DNA of 64,000 nt from Treponema sp. Lineage in GTDB: Bacteria > Spirochaetota > Spirochaetia > Treponematales > Treponemataceae. The notes below the pieces were generated by a model. It made no database searches, was not told where the DNA came from, and saw only the letters and a list, made by a program, of their open reading frames with translations. A program made the position numbers and the translations under genes. The stretch's first letter is position 1. Each line of letters begins with the position of its first letter. Shown here piece by piece: positions 34,293 through 44,317 of this stretch. The DNA is taken from NCBI GenBank assembly GCA_045616545.1, contig JAZLGX010000033.1, positions 10,525 through 74,524 on the forward strand. Reading direction: 5' to 3'.

Positions 34293-35483
34293 TTAATCCA
34301 GGACTACAGTTTCCTTAAGGCCGTCATATTCAAGGCTATATTCACCTTTGAAGCCTTCGATATTTATCATACCTTTAGAATCTGAAGTAACAGTATAATC
34401 CGTCCACCACTCCTTTCGGATAAGGTCCTTCAGCATATAATATACAGGCTTTGGAGTTCCATCTTTGTGTACCACTCCGCTAGGCGCATTGAGCCATGCT
34501 CCATCTGCAAAATCCCATCCTGTTATGGCTTCTACCAGAGGATGAGCAAACAGAGTCCTGTACATTTCTTCAGTCTGCTTCATCTGCCTGTCTTCGCCCT
34601 CAGGAGTGCTTGGCCACTCTTCTACCTGCCAGTCGTTGAGGTCCTCTATTTCCGGAGGAATGAGGGTTCCGGATACAAGTGTATTCTCAGTAAAATGCAG
34701 CGGAAGGTTGAATCTTGAAAATCTCTCCAGGACCTTATTTAACTTTTCAAGTCCCCAGTATCCCTGGTGCTGATGGCTCTGGATACCGATTGTCTTTATT
34801 GGAACACCGGCGTCCAAAAGTTTATCCAACAGTTCTGCATAAGCATCTGTAGTGTTAAAGTCATTAATAAGGAAAGTTCCTTCTGGATTATATTTTATGC
34901 TCTGCTCAAAAACTCTCTTTACAAGCTCTACAGGGCCGAGATGATTACAGATACGGGTAACAGCATTATCATATTTATCAAATACAGGCATTATACATAC
35001 CTCATTGATTACATCCCACATATCAACAAGTCCCTTGAAATCAGAGACTTCTCGCTGTATACGGTCCATCTGCTTCTGGAGGATAGTCTCATTATCATAC
35101 TTCAAGAGCCATGGTGCACATACTGTATGCCAGCACAGAGGATGCCCCTTTACAGTAACATTGTTATTCTTTAGAAAAGTTGCAGCCTTCTTAAGAGCCT
35201 CTGTCTGTGGTTTTCCTTCCTCACTTTCAAAATTCCCCCAATAAAAAGGAAGTGTTCCATAGTTATAGACTTCAAGCCACTTATTGACTCTATCAGTAAA
35301 CATTCTGTTGATATCAGAGTTTTCTGGAGTCGACACCATTCCCAATGTATCAAATGCACCACAGCCAAACAAGAATTTATGCTTGACCTGTCTTACATGA
35401 ACCTGTGTATTGGCAAGAACTGTACCGTCAGCCTTTTTCAGACATACTGATTTGCTTGCCTTTCTATGATTGATATTCTGCAT
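34293..35483 (-). CDS. Intracellular GH10 endo-1,4-beta-xylanase
   Basis: 396 aa with no signal peptide. GH10 blocks are VKGHPLCWH, WDVINE (acid/base Glu), IGIQSH and HFTENT (nucleophile Glu). Confidence 0.85.
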   Translation of the reverse strand: MQNINHRKASKSVCLKKADGTVLANTQVHVRQVKHKFLFGCGAFDTLGMVSTPENSDINRMFTDRVNKWLEVYNYGTLPFYWGNFESEEGKPQTEALKKAATFLKNNNVTVKGHPLCWHTVCAPWLLKYDNETILQKQMDRIQREVSDFKGLVDMWDVINEVCIMPVFDKYDNAVTRICNHLGPVELVKRVFEQSIKYNPEGTFLINDFNTTDAYAELLDKLLDAGVPIKTIGIQSHQHQGYWGLEKLNKVLERFSRFNLPLHFTENTLVSGTLIPPEIEDLNDWQVEEWPSTPEGEDRQMKQTEEMYRTLFAHPLVEAITGWDFADGAWLNAPSGVVHKDGTPKPVYYMLKDLIRKEWWTDYTVTSDSKGMINIEGFKGEYSLEYDGLKETVVLD

Positions 35484-35706
35484 ATTTTAATCCTATTGAA
35501 CCTTTTATGGTACAGCTACCAAGAAGTTGTTAAATATTTAATAATTATTGCGGTAAATTTCAAAACAATATGGAGCATTTCTTATAGCAAGTTTTAATAA
35601 ATAAAGGGCAATATCTTTGTAGCGTCCTCACATATCAATGCTACAATTAATTAATATTAAAAGTGTTTTCCACACATGATAAAAGTTTTACAGGAGAAAA
35701 AAATCT

Positions 35707-38118
35707 ATGAGAAGTAACAAAAAGTTACTGCTTACAATGGCCGGAGTCAGTGCAATGCTCTCTGTTCCTATGTATGCAAAAGACGCATCAAAGGAGTTGG
35801 TTATTCTTGACAACGTACTGTCCAAGTTTAACTGCAACTTTGAGGGAGGCCCTTCAGAGGGACAGATTCACTGGTGGTCAGATGCCAACTGGTCACAGAA
35901 CAATGTAGCAAGGGTCAAGTATAATGGATCAGAAGCACCTAATGAGGACTGCGGTATGTATTATGCACTTCTTGCTCCAAAAGATGGCAGCGCACCAATC
36001 GCTCATATCTGTTCTGCTGACATTACAGGAATGATTGCAGCAGGAGACGAATACACATATACATTCTATGCAAAGCTGGCAGACGGAGTTGCAGAAGGCA
36101 ACGTTGACCTTGTAATCAAAGGTGTAAAGTCTGACTGGTCTTCATCTGTAGAAACAAAAGGAATTCCTCAAGAAGCTGTTACACTTACAAACAAGTGGCA
36201 GAAAATTACAGGAACTTTTGTTCTCGAAGATACAAAAGATCAGGTTCTTGTTCAGTTTGAAGGAAATGCCGGAAGCGCAGTTTGTGTTGATGATTTCAGG
36301 GTATGCCGCTCAGCTGATGCAGGTACTTTGGACATCGAGAGAGACATTATTCCTGTCAAGAAGACTATGACATCAGGTAAGGCTCTTGGAAAGAAGGCTA
36401 TTGTAGGTACAGAAATCAATTCTGCAGAATATATTGACGAATTGTACTTTGACCTTACAGCAAAGCACTTCAATGCTGTAACTCTCGGTAATGAGCTCAA
36501 GCCAGACTGTATGAACGGTTACCACATGGGTAATGCTTCCCCAGTCGGAATCGAAGAGGTTGAGTTCAACGGTAATCTCATGAAGGTTCCTGTTCTTGAT
36601 CACTCAAGGGCAGATGCTATCCTTGACAAGATCGTAAGACACAATGCTTCTGACAAGAAGAACCAGCTCAAGGTTCGTGGACACGTACTTGTATGGCATT
36701 CTCAGACTCCTGAATGGTGGTTCCACGAGAACTATGACAAGGAACAGCCTTACGTAAGCAAGGAAGTAATGGACCAGCGTCTTGAATGGTACATCAAGAC
36801 AATGATGGACTACTACACAAATCCAAAGACAGAAACTGGTAAGAAATACGGTCCTCTCTTTTATGGTTGGGACGTTGTAAACGAAGCCTGTACAGATAAG
36901 GGTCTCCGCACAGACGTAGAAGGAGGATCTGACAAGCTCAGTGATAATACTCACGGAAACAAGTCAAGCTGGTACCACATATATCAGAGCAACGAGTTCA
37001 TCATCAATGCATTCCGCTATGCAAACAAGTATGCTCCTAAGACTCTTGAACTTTATTACAATGATTACGGTGAATGTAACCCTAAGAAGCGCGATGTTAT
37101 CGTAAAGCTCCTTAAAGATATCAAGGCTGCAGATGGTACTCGTATTGATGCAATGGGTATGCAGTCTCACCATGACATGATAAGCCCAACTGTAAACCAG
37201 ATTGAACAGGCTGTAAGAGCATACTGTGCTGTTGTTGGTAAAGTTCAGCTTACAGAAATGGATATCAAGGGTGTAAAAGATGACCTTGAGCTTGCTTACA
37301 GATACAAGGATATCTATGACAGACTTCTTTCACTCAACAAGGAAAAAGGTATCACTGTAAGTGGCATCACATTCTGGGGAACTATGGACAAATACAGCTG
37401 GCTCCAGAGTTCATCAAGTGTAGGTGGTGGAGCTGACGGAACTCAGAGACAGAAACCTCTCCTCTTTAATGACAATTACAAAGCTAAGAATGCATACTAT
37501 GTATTCGCTGACCAGAAGAATCTCCCTGCAAAAGTTGCAAAGGAAGAAATCAAGAAGACTCCTATTGAAGCTGCTCGTGGTAACGCAGTAATTGACGGGG
37601 AAGAAGATGCTTCATGGAAGAATGCCAAGGGATATGATCTTAAGGTTGTAGGCGGAACAACAAAAGCAAGCGGAAATGTAAAGGTTATGTGGGATAACGA
37701 AGCTCTCTACGTATACTTTACAGTTAAAGACAGCGTACTTAATGCAGAAAGCGCTACTATCCACGAACAGGACAGCGTTGAAGTATTCATCGATGAGAAC
37801 AACCATAAGACAGATGAATATGAAGCAGATGACAAGCAGTATCGTATCAACTTCAACAACGTTCAGTCTTTCAACGGATCAAAATGTACAGCTGACAACG
37901 TAGAAAGCGCAGTCAAGCTTACAAGTGACGGATACATCGTAGAAGCTAAGTTCCTGTGGACAGACATTGCACCTGCAACTGATATGGAAATTGGTGTTGA
38001 TTTCCAGGTTAACGATGCTGATGCAAGCACCAAGCGTATTGGTACTGTAAATCTCTTTGACTCTACAGGTAACGGTTGGCAGTGGCCTTCTGTATACGGC
38101 TCAGTATTCTTGAAGTAA
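35707..38118 (+). CDS. Secreted multidomain GH10 xylanase with N-terminal CBM4/9/22-like and C-terminal CBM9-like modules
   Basis: 803 aa with a signal peptide. GH10 blocks are VRGHVLVWH, WDVVNEA, MGMQSHH and LTEMDI. The C-terminal 200 aa (AVIDGEEDASWKNA...VKVMWDNEALYVYFTVKD...DSVEVFIDENN) matches the CBM9 pattern. Confidence 0.9.
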   Translation: MRSNKKLLLTMAGVSAMLSVPMYAKDASKELVILDNVLSKFNCNFEGGPSEGQIHWWSDANWSQNNVARVKYNGSEAPNEDCGMYYALLAPKDGSAPIAHICSADITGMIAAGDEYTYTFYAKLADGVAEGNVDLVIKGVKSDWSSSVETKGIPQEAVTLTNKWQKITGTFVLEDTKDQVLVQFEGNAGSAVCVDDFRVCRSADAGTLDIERDIIPVKKTMTSGKALGKKAIVGTEINSAEYIDELYFDLTAKHFNAVTLGNELKPDCMNGYHMGNASPVGIEEVEFNGNLMKVPVLDHSRADAILDKIVRHNASDKKNQLKVRGHVLVWHSQTPEWWFHENYDKEQPYVSKEVMDQRLEWYIKTMMDYYTNPKTETGKKYGPLFYGWDVVNEACTDKGLRTDVEGGSDKLSDNTHGNKSSWYHIYQSNEFIINAFRYANKYAPKTLELYYNDYGECNPKKRDVIVKLLKDIKAADGTRIDAMGMQSHHDMISPTVNQIEQAVRAYCAVVGKVQLTEMDIKGVKDDLELAYRYKDIYDRLLSLNKEKGITVSGITFWGTMDKYSWLQSSSSVGGGADGTQRQKPLLFNDNYKAKNAYYVFADQKNLPAKVAKEEIKKTPIEAARGNAVIDGEEDASWKNAKGYDLKVVGGTTKASGNVKVMWDNEALYVYFTVKDSVLNAESATIHEQDSVEVFIDENNHKTDEYEADDKQYRINFNNVQSFNGSKCTADNVESAVKLTSDGYIVEAKFLWTDIAPATDMEIGVDFQVNDADASTKRIGTVNLFDSTGNGWQWPSVYGSVFLK

Positions 38119-38152
38119 TCGGCAGATAACAAGTAATCGGCAGATTACAAGT
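38113..38152. repeat. 18-bp tandem repeat (about 2.2 copies) spanning the xylanase stop codon
   Basis: AAGTAATCGGCAGATAAC (38113-38130) and AAGTAATCGGCAGATTAC (38131-38148) are followed by AAGT. They match at 17/18 positions. Confidence 0.7.
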
Positions 38153-38199
38153 GGTCAGTGCAGGCAGCTTGAGTAGATTGAGGTCTACTTGAGCCGCCT

Positions 38200-38245
38200 A
38201 AAAAAAAGCAGGATATGACAGGGAAAACCTTGATTCATATCCTGC
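38200..38245 (-). terminator. Terminator between the convergent xylanase and AraC genes
   Basis: GCAGGATATGA (38208-38218) pairs with TCATATCCTGC (38235-38245). The A8 tract on the plus strand gives a T8 tail for the minus-strand AraC transcript. Confidence 0.65.
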
Positions 38246-38256
38246 TTGTATTATAT

Positions 38257-39126
38257 TCAGGCTTGCTGCTGTTCGTAATGCAAACTCCGGTATTCGGAAG
38301 GAGTACATTCATTGAATATCTTGAACATTCTTATGAAGGAAGACATACTCTCAAAGCCGGACCTGTACGCAATGTCAGTGATTGACTCATCAGGATCAAG
38401 AAGAAGGTTCTGGGCATAGGATATCCTTTTCTGATTCAGGTACTTATAGAAAGTAATTCCTGTAAAATCCTTGAACAGTCGGCTGAAATGATACTTACTG
38501 AATCCAGCATATGAAGAAATCTTATCCAAAGTCAGATCTTGGGTACAGTTTTCGTTGATGTAATTACATACATCAAGGAATTTGGTCTGGTATTTCTTGG
38601 GATCTGTATCTTCTTCTACGGAAAACGCATTCTGCCTAAGATAAGTATCCCCTATCAGAGCAAACATCTGGAAAAGATAGGAATATATGTTCAGCTCAGC
38701 AATATGCGTTTCTTTCTCGTATTCTTCTTCTATATTTGAAAGAAGCCGCTTAACCTGCTGATAAATATCCTTGTTGTCCTTTTCGGAAATAAGGAAGCAT
38801 GGAGACATAAGGTTTAGGACAGCCCTAAAGCTCTTGATGTTCTGGAACATGGACAGGTCAACCTGAAATATTATCCTGTTTCCATATTTAGGGGCCTGTA
38901 TTGAGTGCAGTACACCTGGACATACAAAAAGAATGCTTTGTGTATCAAGCACAAAATTTTTGTTTATGACAGTTACATTATAGTCATATTTATAAGGGAT
39001 TATTATCTCCATAGGAACATGCCAATGGGTAGGATATCCCTCGTTTTCATGATTATCGTAAAGCCTGAAGACTGTATTTTTTTTGAAATTTACATTTTCA
39101 TGCAAACCATTTAAATTTTCAATCAT
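38257..39126 (-). CDS. AraC/XylS-family transcriptional regulator (cupin-like N-terminus plus two HTH motifs)
   Basis: 289 aa. The C-terminal block is LTLDKISSYAGFSKYHFSRLFKDFTGITFYKYLNQKRISYAQNLL......ITDIAYRSGFESMSSFIRMFK. Confidence 0.85.
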   Translation of the reverse strand: MIENLNGLHENVNFKKNTVFRLYDNHENEGYPTHWHVPMEIIIPYKYDYNVTVINKNFVLDTQSILFVCPGVLHSIQAPKYGNRIIFQVDLSMFQNIKSFRAVLNLMSPCFLISEKDNKDIYQQVKRLLSNIEEEYEKETHIAELNIYSYLFQMFALIGDTYLRQNAFSVEEDTDPKKYQTKFLDVCNYINENCTQDLTLDKISSYAGFSKYHFSRLFKDFTGITFYKYLNQKRISYAQNLLLDPDESITDIAYRSGFESMSSFIRMFKIFNECTPSEYRSLHYEQQQA

Positions 39127-39273
39127 AGCGGATACATTATACAGCTATTATTAAAAATTGCAAAAGAAATTTGACAAATATATTCAAGAAACTTAATATA
39201 AATACATTGTTTTCCTGGAAAAGCTGATGGATTTCTCTCAACAGCGATTTCTAGAAAAAAGAGGACTAAAAAC

Positions 39274-41127
39274 ATGACACTTTCAGCATTATTCAGCAAC
39301 GGAATGGTACTCCAAAGGAACAAAAAGAATCTTATCTGGGGTAAATCTTTAGGTAATCAGAAGATAACTATTACAATAGACAACAAAACATGCGAAACAG
39401 TTTGTGACAGCACAGGATATTTTGAGACTTTTCTCCCTATGCTGGAAGCAGGAGGCCCATACTCCATGACAGTCACTGGAGATACAAGCATCACGATAGA
39501 AGATATACTCGTAGGAGATGTGTTCATCCTGGGCGGACAATCCAATATGGAATACACCATGGGAATGCTTATTGACCGTAAAGGATACAAGTCAGTAAAT
39601 GCAGCTTCACCTATGATCCGTAACTTTGAAGTTCCAAAAGTATATAACTTTACCAGCTTGACGGAAGACCTGACAACAGGAAAATGGGACCACGCCATAA
39701 ACTCAGAAATCAGGAGTTTCAGCGCAATAGCATATTATGCCGCACTGGAACTGTACAGTAAGCACCATGTTCCTATTGGATTTATCCACAGTGCAGTAGG
39801 CGGTACTCCTGCAAAAAGCTGGACCAGCATAGAATCAATCAAAAAAAGAGGTCTTTACACAAAGGAATTTAAAAAGGCCTACGACAGCAATTTTGTAAAA
39901 CAGACAGAAACTCAGCAGGATGAAACTGAACGTATCTGGATGGAAGATGCAGACAGAGCCTTCGAATCAGACATGATTGTCCAAAGCGGAACAATCCAGG
40001 TTCCTTCATTGTGGGAGCAGACAGAGCTCAAGGGCAAGCATGGAGCTTTTATCCTCAGGTATAATGTTACACTGACTAAAGAGCAGGCTGAAGAACCAAT
40101 GGATATCCATTTGGGATGTATTTTTGACCAGGACAAGACATATATCAACGGTACTTTCGTTGGAACTACAGGATACTGTTATCCAACCCGCCACTATCCT
40201 ATAGCCAGCGGAATCCTCCACGAAGGCGAAAATCAGATCGAAATACGCATGATGGTATTCCGTAACAGCGGAAGCATAACTCCAGGAAAAGATATCTGTC
40301 TCTGCAAGGCAGGTACACTGGAAAGCATTGTAGATCTATCCGGACAATGGGAATACACATTCAAGAAAGAAAAGGAAGTTCTTGAAAACAAGACTTTCTT
40401 TATCTACTACCCTGCAGGTCTGTATCAGGGAATGCTTTATCCGATAAGAAAGTGGCGCTGCTGTGGATTCATGTACTATCAGGGCGAATCCAACGTAGAA
40501 TGCTTTAGTACATACAACGAAGAGATGAAGGATCTTGTATCTGACTGGCGTAAGCTTTTCTGTGATGAGGCTATTCCGTTCATGTATGTACAACTTGCAG
40601 GATACAGCAACGAGGACCTTGCCAAGAACGGCAGCGGCTGGGCTGACCTTAGGGCACAGCAGGCAATGCTCCGGGACTTCCCTCTTTGTCATATGGTCCC
40701 AGCTTATGACCTTGGCGAATACAACGACCTTCACCCGATTTACAAGGAAGAAGTAGGAAAACGTATGGCTATGGCAGCTGATTTCATGGTTTATGACACA
40801 GGCAATGGCTGTGTTGTACCAGAGTTTGACCGCATAGAACGCAAAGAAGACTGTTGGATCGTATCTTTCCGCAATTACGGGGCTTCCCTTCTTATAAGGA
40901 ACTCCGACGGTTCTGTATCTAATACAGGTAACGCAGGAGACTTTGAAGCTGTTACAAAGGACGGCACAATCCAAAAAATTAGTGCAATACTTAAAGACAA
41001 TACAGTAATTATACCTTATAATGTAAATCTCAAAGAGCTCCGCTTTGCATACAAAGACTGCAAGGTAGATGCCAACTTATATGGAGACAATGGTTTACCT
41101 GCAATGCCATTTAAGATAGAGATTTGA
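39274..41127 (+). CDS. SGNH-type carbohydrate O-acetylesterase (sialate O-acetylesterase-like; likely acetyl-xylan/oligosaccharide esterase)
   Basis: 617 aa. It has the catalytic block ILGGQSNM near the N-terminus and a C-terminal NDLHP (Asp/His) block. No signal peptide is present. Confidence 0.75.
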   Translation: MTLSALFSNGMVLQRNKKNLIWGKSLGNQKITITIDNKTCETVCDSTGYFETFLPMLEAGGPYSMTVTGDTSITIEDILVGDVFILGGQSNMEYTMGMLIDRKGYKSVNAASPMIRNFEVPKVYNFTSLTEDLTTGKWDHAINSEIRSFSAIAYYAALELYSKHHVPIGFIHSAVGGTPAKSWTSIESIKKRGLYTKEFKKAYDSNFVKQTETQQDETERIWMEDADRAFESDMIVQSGTIQVPSLWEQTELKGKHGAFILRYNVTLTKEQAEEPMDIHLGCIFDQDKTYINGTFVGTTGYCYPTRHYPIASGILHEGENQIEIRMMVFRNSGSITPGKDICLCKAGTLESIVDLSGQWEYTFKKEKEVLENKTFFIYYPAGLYQGMLYPIRKWRCCGFMYYQGESNVECFSTYNEEMKDLVSDWRKLFCDEAIPFMYVQLAGYSNEDLAKNGSGWADLRAQQAMLRDFPLCHMVPAYDLGEYNDLHPIYKEEVGKRMAMAADFMVYDTGNGCVVPEFDRIERKEDCWIVSFRNYGASLLIRNSDGSVSNTGNAGDFEAVTKDGTIQKISAILKDNTVIIPYNVNLKELRFAYKDCKVDANLYGDNGLPAMPFKIEI

Positions 41128-41174
41128 TAGAAAAGAATAATACCGTTCATCCATTCAGAAGGCTTGGAAAACAC

Positions 41175-42935
41175 ATGTCCTTCAAGATGGATGACGTAAA
41201 AATAAGATATAAGCTGATTCTTCTGTATGTGCTTACCGTATTGCTTCCGTTGGTACTCACAGATACCATAATAATATATGCTACCTGTAACCAGGAACAG
41301 AAACTCAAAAAGATTCAGACAGAAAATATGGCTGACACGGTCATTACCTCTTTTAACAAGACAATAGACACGGCATCAGCCCTAGGAATTTACATATACA
41401 AGGACTCTTATATAAATGATTGCCTTGTCACAAAATACAATACCCCTCTGGATTACCTCATAAAGTTCCAGGAGTTTCAGAAAATGAATGTATTCAGCAC
41501 TGGACTGAGTCTTAACGGGTTCAAGTTCACTATGTATGCTGATAACCCTACAATCGTCAACGGTGGCCAGTTCCAGAAGATAGAAAATGCAGTAAAGAGC
41601 AAATGGTACTATGACTTCAAGACACAGGGCAAGACAAATATGCTTTACTTTGACTTCAACCCTTTGTCCATAACATCCAAGCGAAAGATAGTTCTTCTCC
41701 GCCCGATGGATTACTACGACAAGACAGGCCCTGAACGTATTCTCAAGATAGACATTGACTATGCAGTCATAACCCAGCGGCTGACAGACCTTAACTATAG
41801 CCGGAATATCTACGTCTGCAGTAATGACAAGATAATTCTTTCCAACAGTGAAGTAACAAATGTAGGCTCCCCTTACGAGACCCTCGATAAATCAATAAGA
41901 ATGGCCTGTCGTAAGAATTTCTTGTCCTACGGAAAGGTTCTTACAGTTTATGTAGAAGACACCCCCATGATGCTTTCTTCCATACTCAGGAACCACATAT
42001 TGGGATTCTTACTCCTGGTTGGAGCAAATATAGTCCTTCCTCTGTTGTTCCTCATGCTGCTCAATCATTCCTTTACCAAGCGAATAAGCATCTTTACCAG
42101 CGTAATAAAGCATTCTCATGACGAAAAACTGAAAAAAGTTGCGATTCCATTCGGTAAAGATGAGATTGGTTTTCTGATCCAGAACTACAACAAGATGGTA
42201 GACAAGATACAGACCCTTATCGAGAAGGAATACAAGAGCAAAATCCGGGAACAAAATATGATAGTCTCCAGGCAGAAGGCAGAGCTTCTTGCATTACAGG
42301 GACAGATAAACCCTCATTTTCTGTTTAACATACTGGAAAGCATCAGGATGCACAGTGTCCTCAAGCACGAAGATGAAACTGCAGCAATGATACAGCGTCT
42401 GGCCATAATCCAACGTCAGTACGTCAGTTGGGGAAGTGACAGTGTCAAAGTCAGCAAGGAAATAGAATGCGTATCAGCTTACCTTGAACTCCAGAAATAC
42501 AGGTTTGGTGACAGGCTTAACTATAAACTTGATATAAGTGACAGTTGTAAAACCCTATACATACCAAAACTCAGTATAGTCACATTTGTAGAAAATGCAT
42601 GCATCCATGGTCTGGAGAACAAGAACAATCCCAGCTGGATATTTGTCAGAGTAAAGAAGTCAGATGACTTTCTTGTCATTGAAATCGAGGATACAGGAAG
42701 CGGAATGGAACAGCAGGAAAAGGATGAAATTCTGGACCGAATGAACAATGCAAACATAGATATGCTCCAAACCAACGGACGCGTAGGCATAGTAAATGCC
42801 TGTCTCCGACTCAAGCTTGCAAGTAACGATACTGTAGAGTTTGAATTGGATTCCGAGCCTGGAGAAGGAACCTGCTTTACTATTAAGGTTCCTCTGTTAT
42901 GGAGTCAGATATTTTTAGATGAGGAAGACGATTAA
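41175..42935 (+). CDS. YesM-like sensor histidine kinase (two TM, HAMP, His_kinase, HATPase_c)
   Basis: The QINPHFLFNILESI H-box is typical of the LytS/YesM type, and an ATPase N/G box region is present (ENACIHGLE..., IEDTGSGM). The ORF track starts at a TTG (41124) overlapping the esterase stop. The ATG at 41175 (MSFKMDD) is more plausible. Confidence 0.85.
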   Translation: MSFKMDDVKIRYKLILLYVLTVLLPLVLTDTIIIYATCNQEQKLKKIQTENMADTVITSFNKTIDTASALGIYIYKDSYINDCLVTKYNTPLDYLIKFQEFQKMNVFSTGLSLNGFKFTMYADNPTIVNGGQFQKIENAVKSKWYYDFKTQGKTNMLYFDFNPLSITSKRKIVLLRPMDYYDKTGPERILKIDIDYAVITQRLTDLNYSRNIYVCSNDKIILSNSEVTNVGSPYETLDKSIRMACRKNFLSYGKVLTVYVEDTPMMLSSILRNHILGFLLLVGANIVLPLLFLMLLNHSFTKRISIFTSVIKHSHDEKLKKVAIPFGKDEIGFLIQNYNKMVDKIQTLIEKEYKSKIREQNMIVSRQKAELLALQGQINPHFLFNILESIRMHSVLKHEDETAAMIQRLAIIQRQYVSWGSDSVKVSKEIECVSAYLELQKYRFGDRLNYKLDISDSCKTLYIPKLSIVTFVENACIHGLENKNNPSWIFVRVKKSDDFLVIEIEDTGSGMEQQEKDEILDRMNNANIDMLQTNGRVGIVNACLRLKLASNDTVEFELDSEPGEGTCFTIKVPLLWSQIFLDEEDD

Positions 42936-44083
42936 TGCTTAAAGTTCTGTTAGTAGATGATGAACCATTTATTCTTCAGGGGCTCAAGATTCTTATTGAC
43001 TGGGAAGAACAGGGATTTGAAGTTATAGCCACTGCATCAAATGGAGAAGACGCATACGAATATCTGAAAAACAATGAGACAGATCTGGTTATATGTGATA
43101 TACAGATGCCCAAAATGACTGGACTGGAACTGATATCCCGCGTCAAAGAGAATAACATATCAAATGCGCACTTTGTCATACTGTCCGGCTATGCAGATTT
43201 CAGCTATGCGCAAAAAGCCATAAGCTACAACGTCTCAGACTATATACTGAAGCCAGTTGATGCCCAGAACCTCATCAAAGTGCTAGAAAAAGTAAAGAAG
43301 AACAATGTCGACAAGACAAAAAAGCAAAAGGCAGAATGGAGTCTGGACAATACAATCTTCAGTGATAACTATATCAACTGGCTAGATACAGATACCCTCA
43401 ACCAGAACAAGACTATTCTCTTTAAGAAAGAGCTTGATACACTGATATCTGACATAAATACAGACGACCACATGAGAATAAAAAAGAGCGTAAACGATCT
43501 TTTCAATGCATTCAAGATAAATGACATTAATTCCAAAAGCTTTAACCTTAACATCAACTATATAATATTCTGCCTATTGCAGCTGGCATCGGAACAGAAT
43601 GCAGAAATCGACCAGAAATCGGCAATGCAGTTTATAAGTGACAGCTGCTTTGAAAAAGGCATCAAACAGGGGTCTTCTGCATATATATATAAGTTTGCCT
43701 GTGAGTATGCAGATTACCTTATGCAGCTGCACCGTCAGGTCCCTACAAACATACTCCATTCTATCGCACAGGAAATCAACGATAACTATGCATCCAACAT
43801 TACGCTAAAAGGCCTGAGCGAGAAGTACTGTCTTAACAGTGCATACCTGGGGCAACTGTTCAAAAAGCAGTTCAACTGCTACTTTAAGGATTACCTTAAT
43901 AACATCCGTATAACCAAGGCAGAAGAACTCCTTGCCAAGACAGACAAGAAAGTTTACGAGATAGCAGGCGAAGTAGGATATCATGACCTCGATTACTTTG
44001 TAGACGTATTCATCAAGGCAAAAGGCTGTACCCCTGCCAGATATCGCAAGCAAAAGCTTGAAGGACAATCATCAGACTCGTAG
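42935..44083 (+). CDS. YesN-like response regulator (REC plus AraC-type HTH)
   Basis: 382 aa. It has MLKVLLVDDEPFILQGL...DLVICDIQMPKMTGLEL and a C-terminal AraC HTH. Its start overlaps the kinase stop (ATTAATG). Confidence 0.9.
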   Translation: MLKVLLVDDEPFILQGLKILIDWEEQGFEVIATASNGEDAYEYLKNNETDLVICDIQMPKMTGLELISRVKENNISNAHFVILSGYADFSYAQKAISYNVSDYILKPVDAQNLIKVLEKVKKNNVDKTKKQKAEWSLDNTIFSDNYINWLDTDTLNQNKTILFKKELDTLISDINTDDHMRIKKSVNDLFNAFKINDINSKSFNLNINYIIFCLLQLASEQNAEIDQKSAMQFISDSCFEKGIKQGSSAYIYKFACEYADYLMQLHRQVPTNILHSIAQEINDNYASNITLKGLSEKYCLNSAYLGQLFKKQFNCYFKDYLNNIRITKAEELLAKTDKKVYEIAGEVGYHDLDYFVDVFIKAKGCTPARYRKQKLEGQSSDS

Positions 44084-44317
44084 ACTTTCATCAGAAACGA
44101 GTAGTCTTTTTGCAGAAACGAGTGCTCGGATTACGGAAGCAAATAATCTTCCCCAACTTAGAATACGGGACAGACTACAGGATATATTATATGACAGGGG
44201 GAATTTTATATATGATCTGCCATGTATAATTTTTCCCCTTATTTTTTATACTTTATCCCGTTTCTTATTTTACATTCAATGGTATCCTAGACTTATTATA
44301 AATCAGGAGGATACTGA

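Noticed and set aside
40336-40974. 212-aa ORF antisense to the esterase gene
   Set aside because: It is a shadow ORF. The plus-strand frame is continuous with catalytic motifs at both ends.
41124-41174. TTG-initiated extension of the histidine kinase overlapping the esterase stop
   Set aside because: The extension (MIEKNNTVHPFRRLGKH) precedes the expected short cytoplasmic N-terminus. The ATG at 41175 gives a typical YesM-like start directly before TM1.
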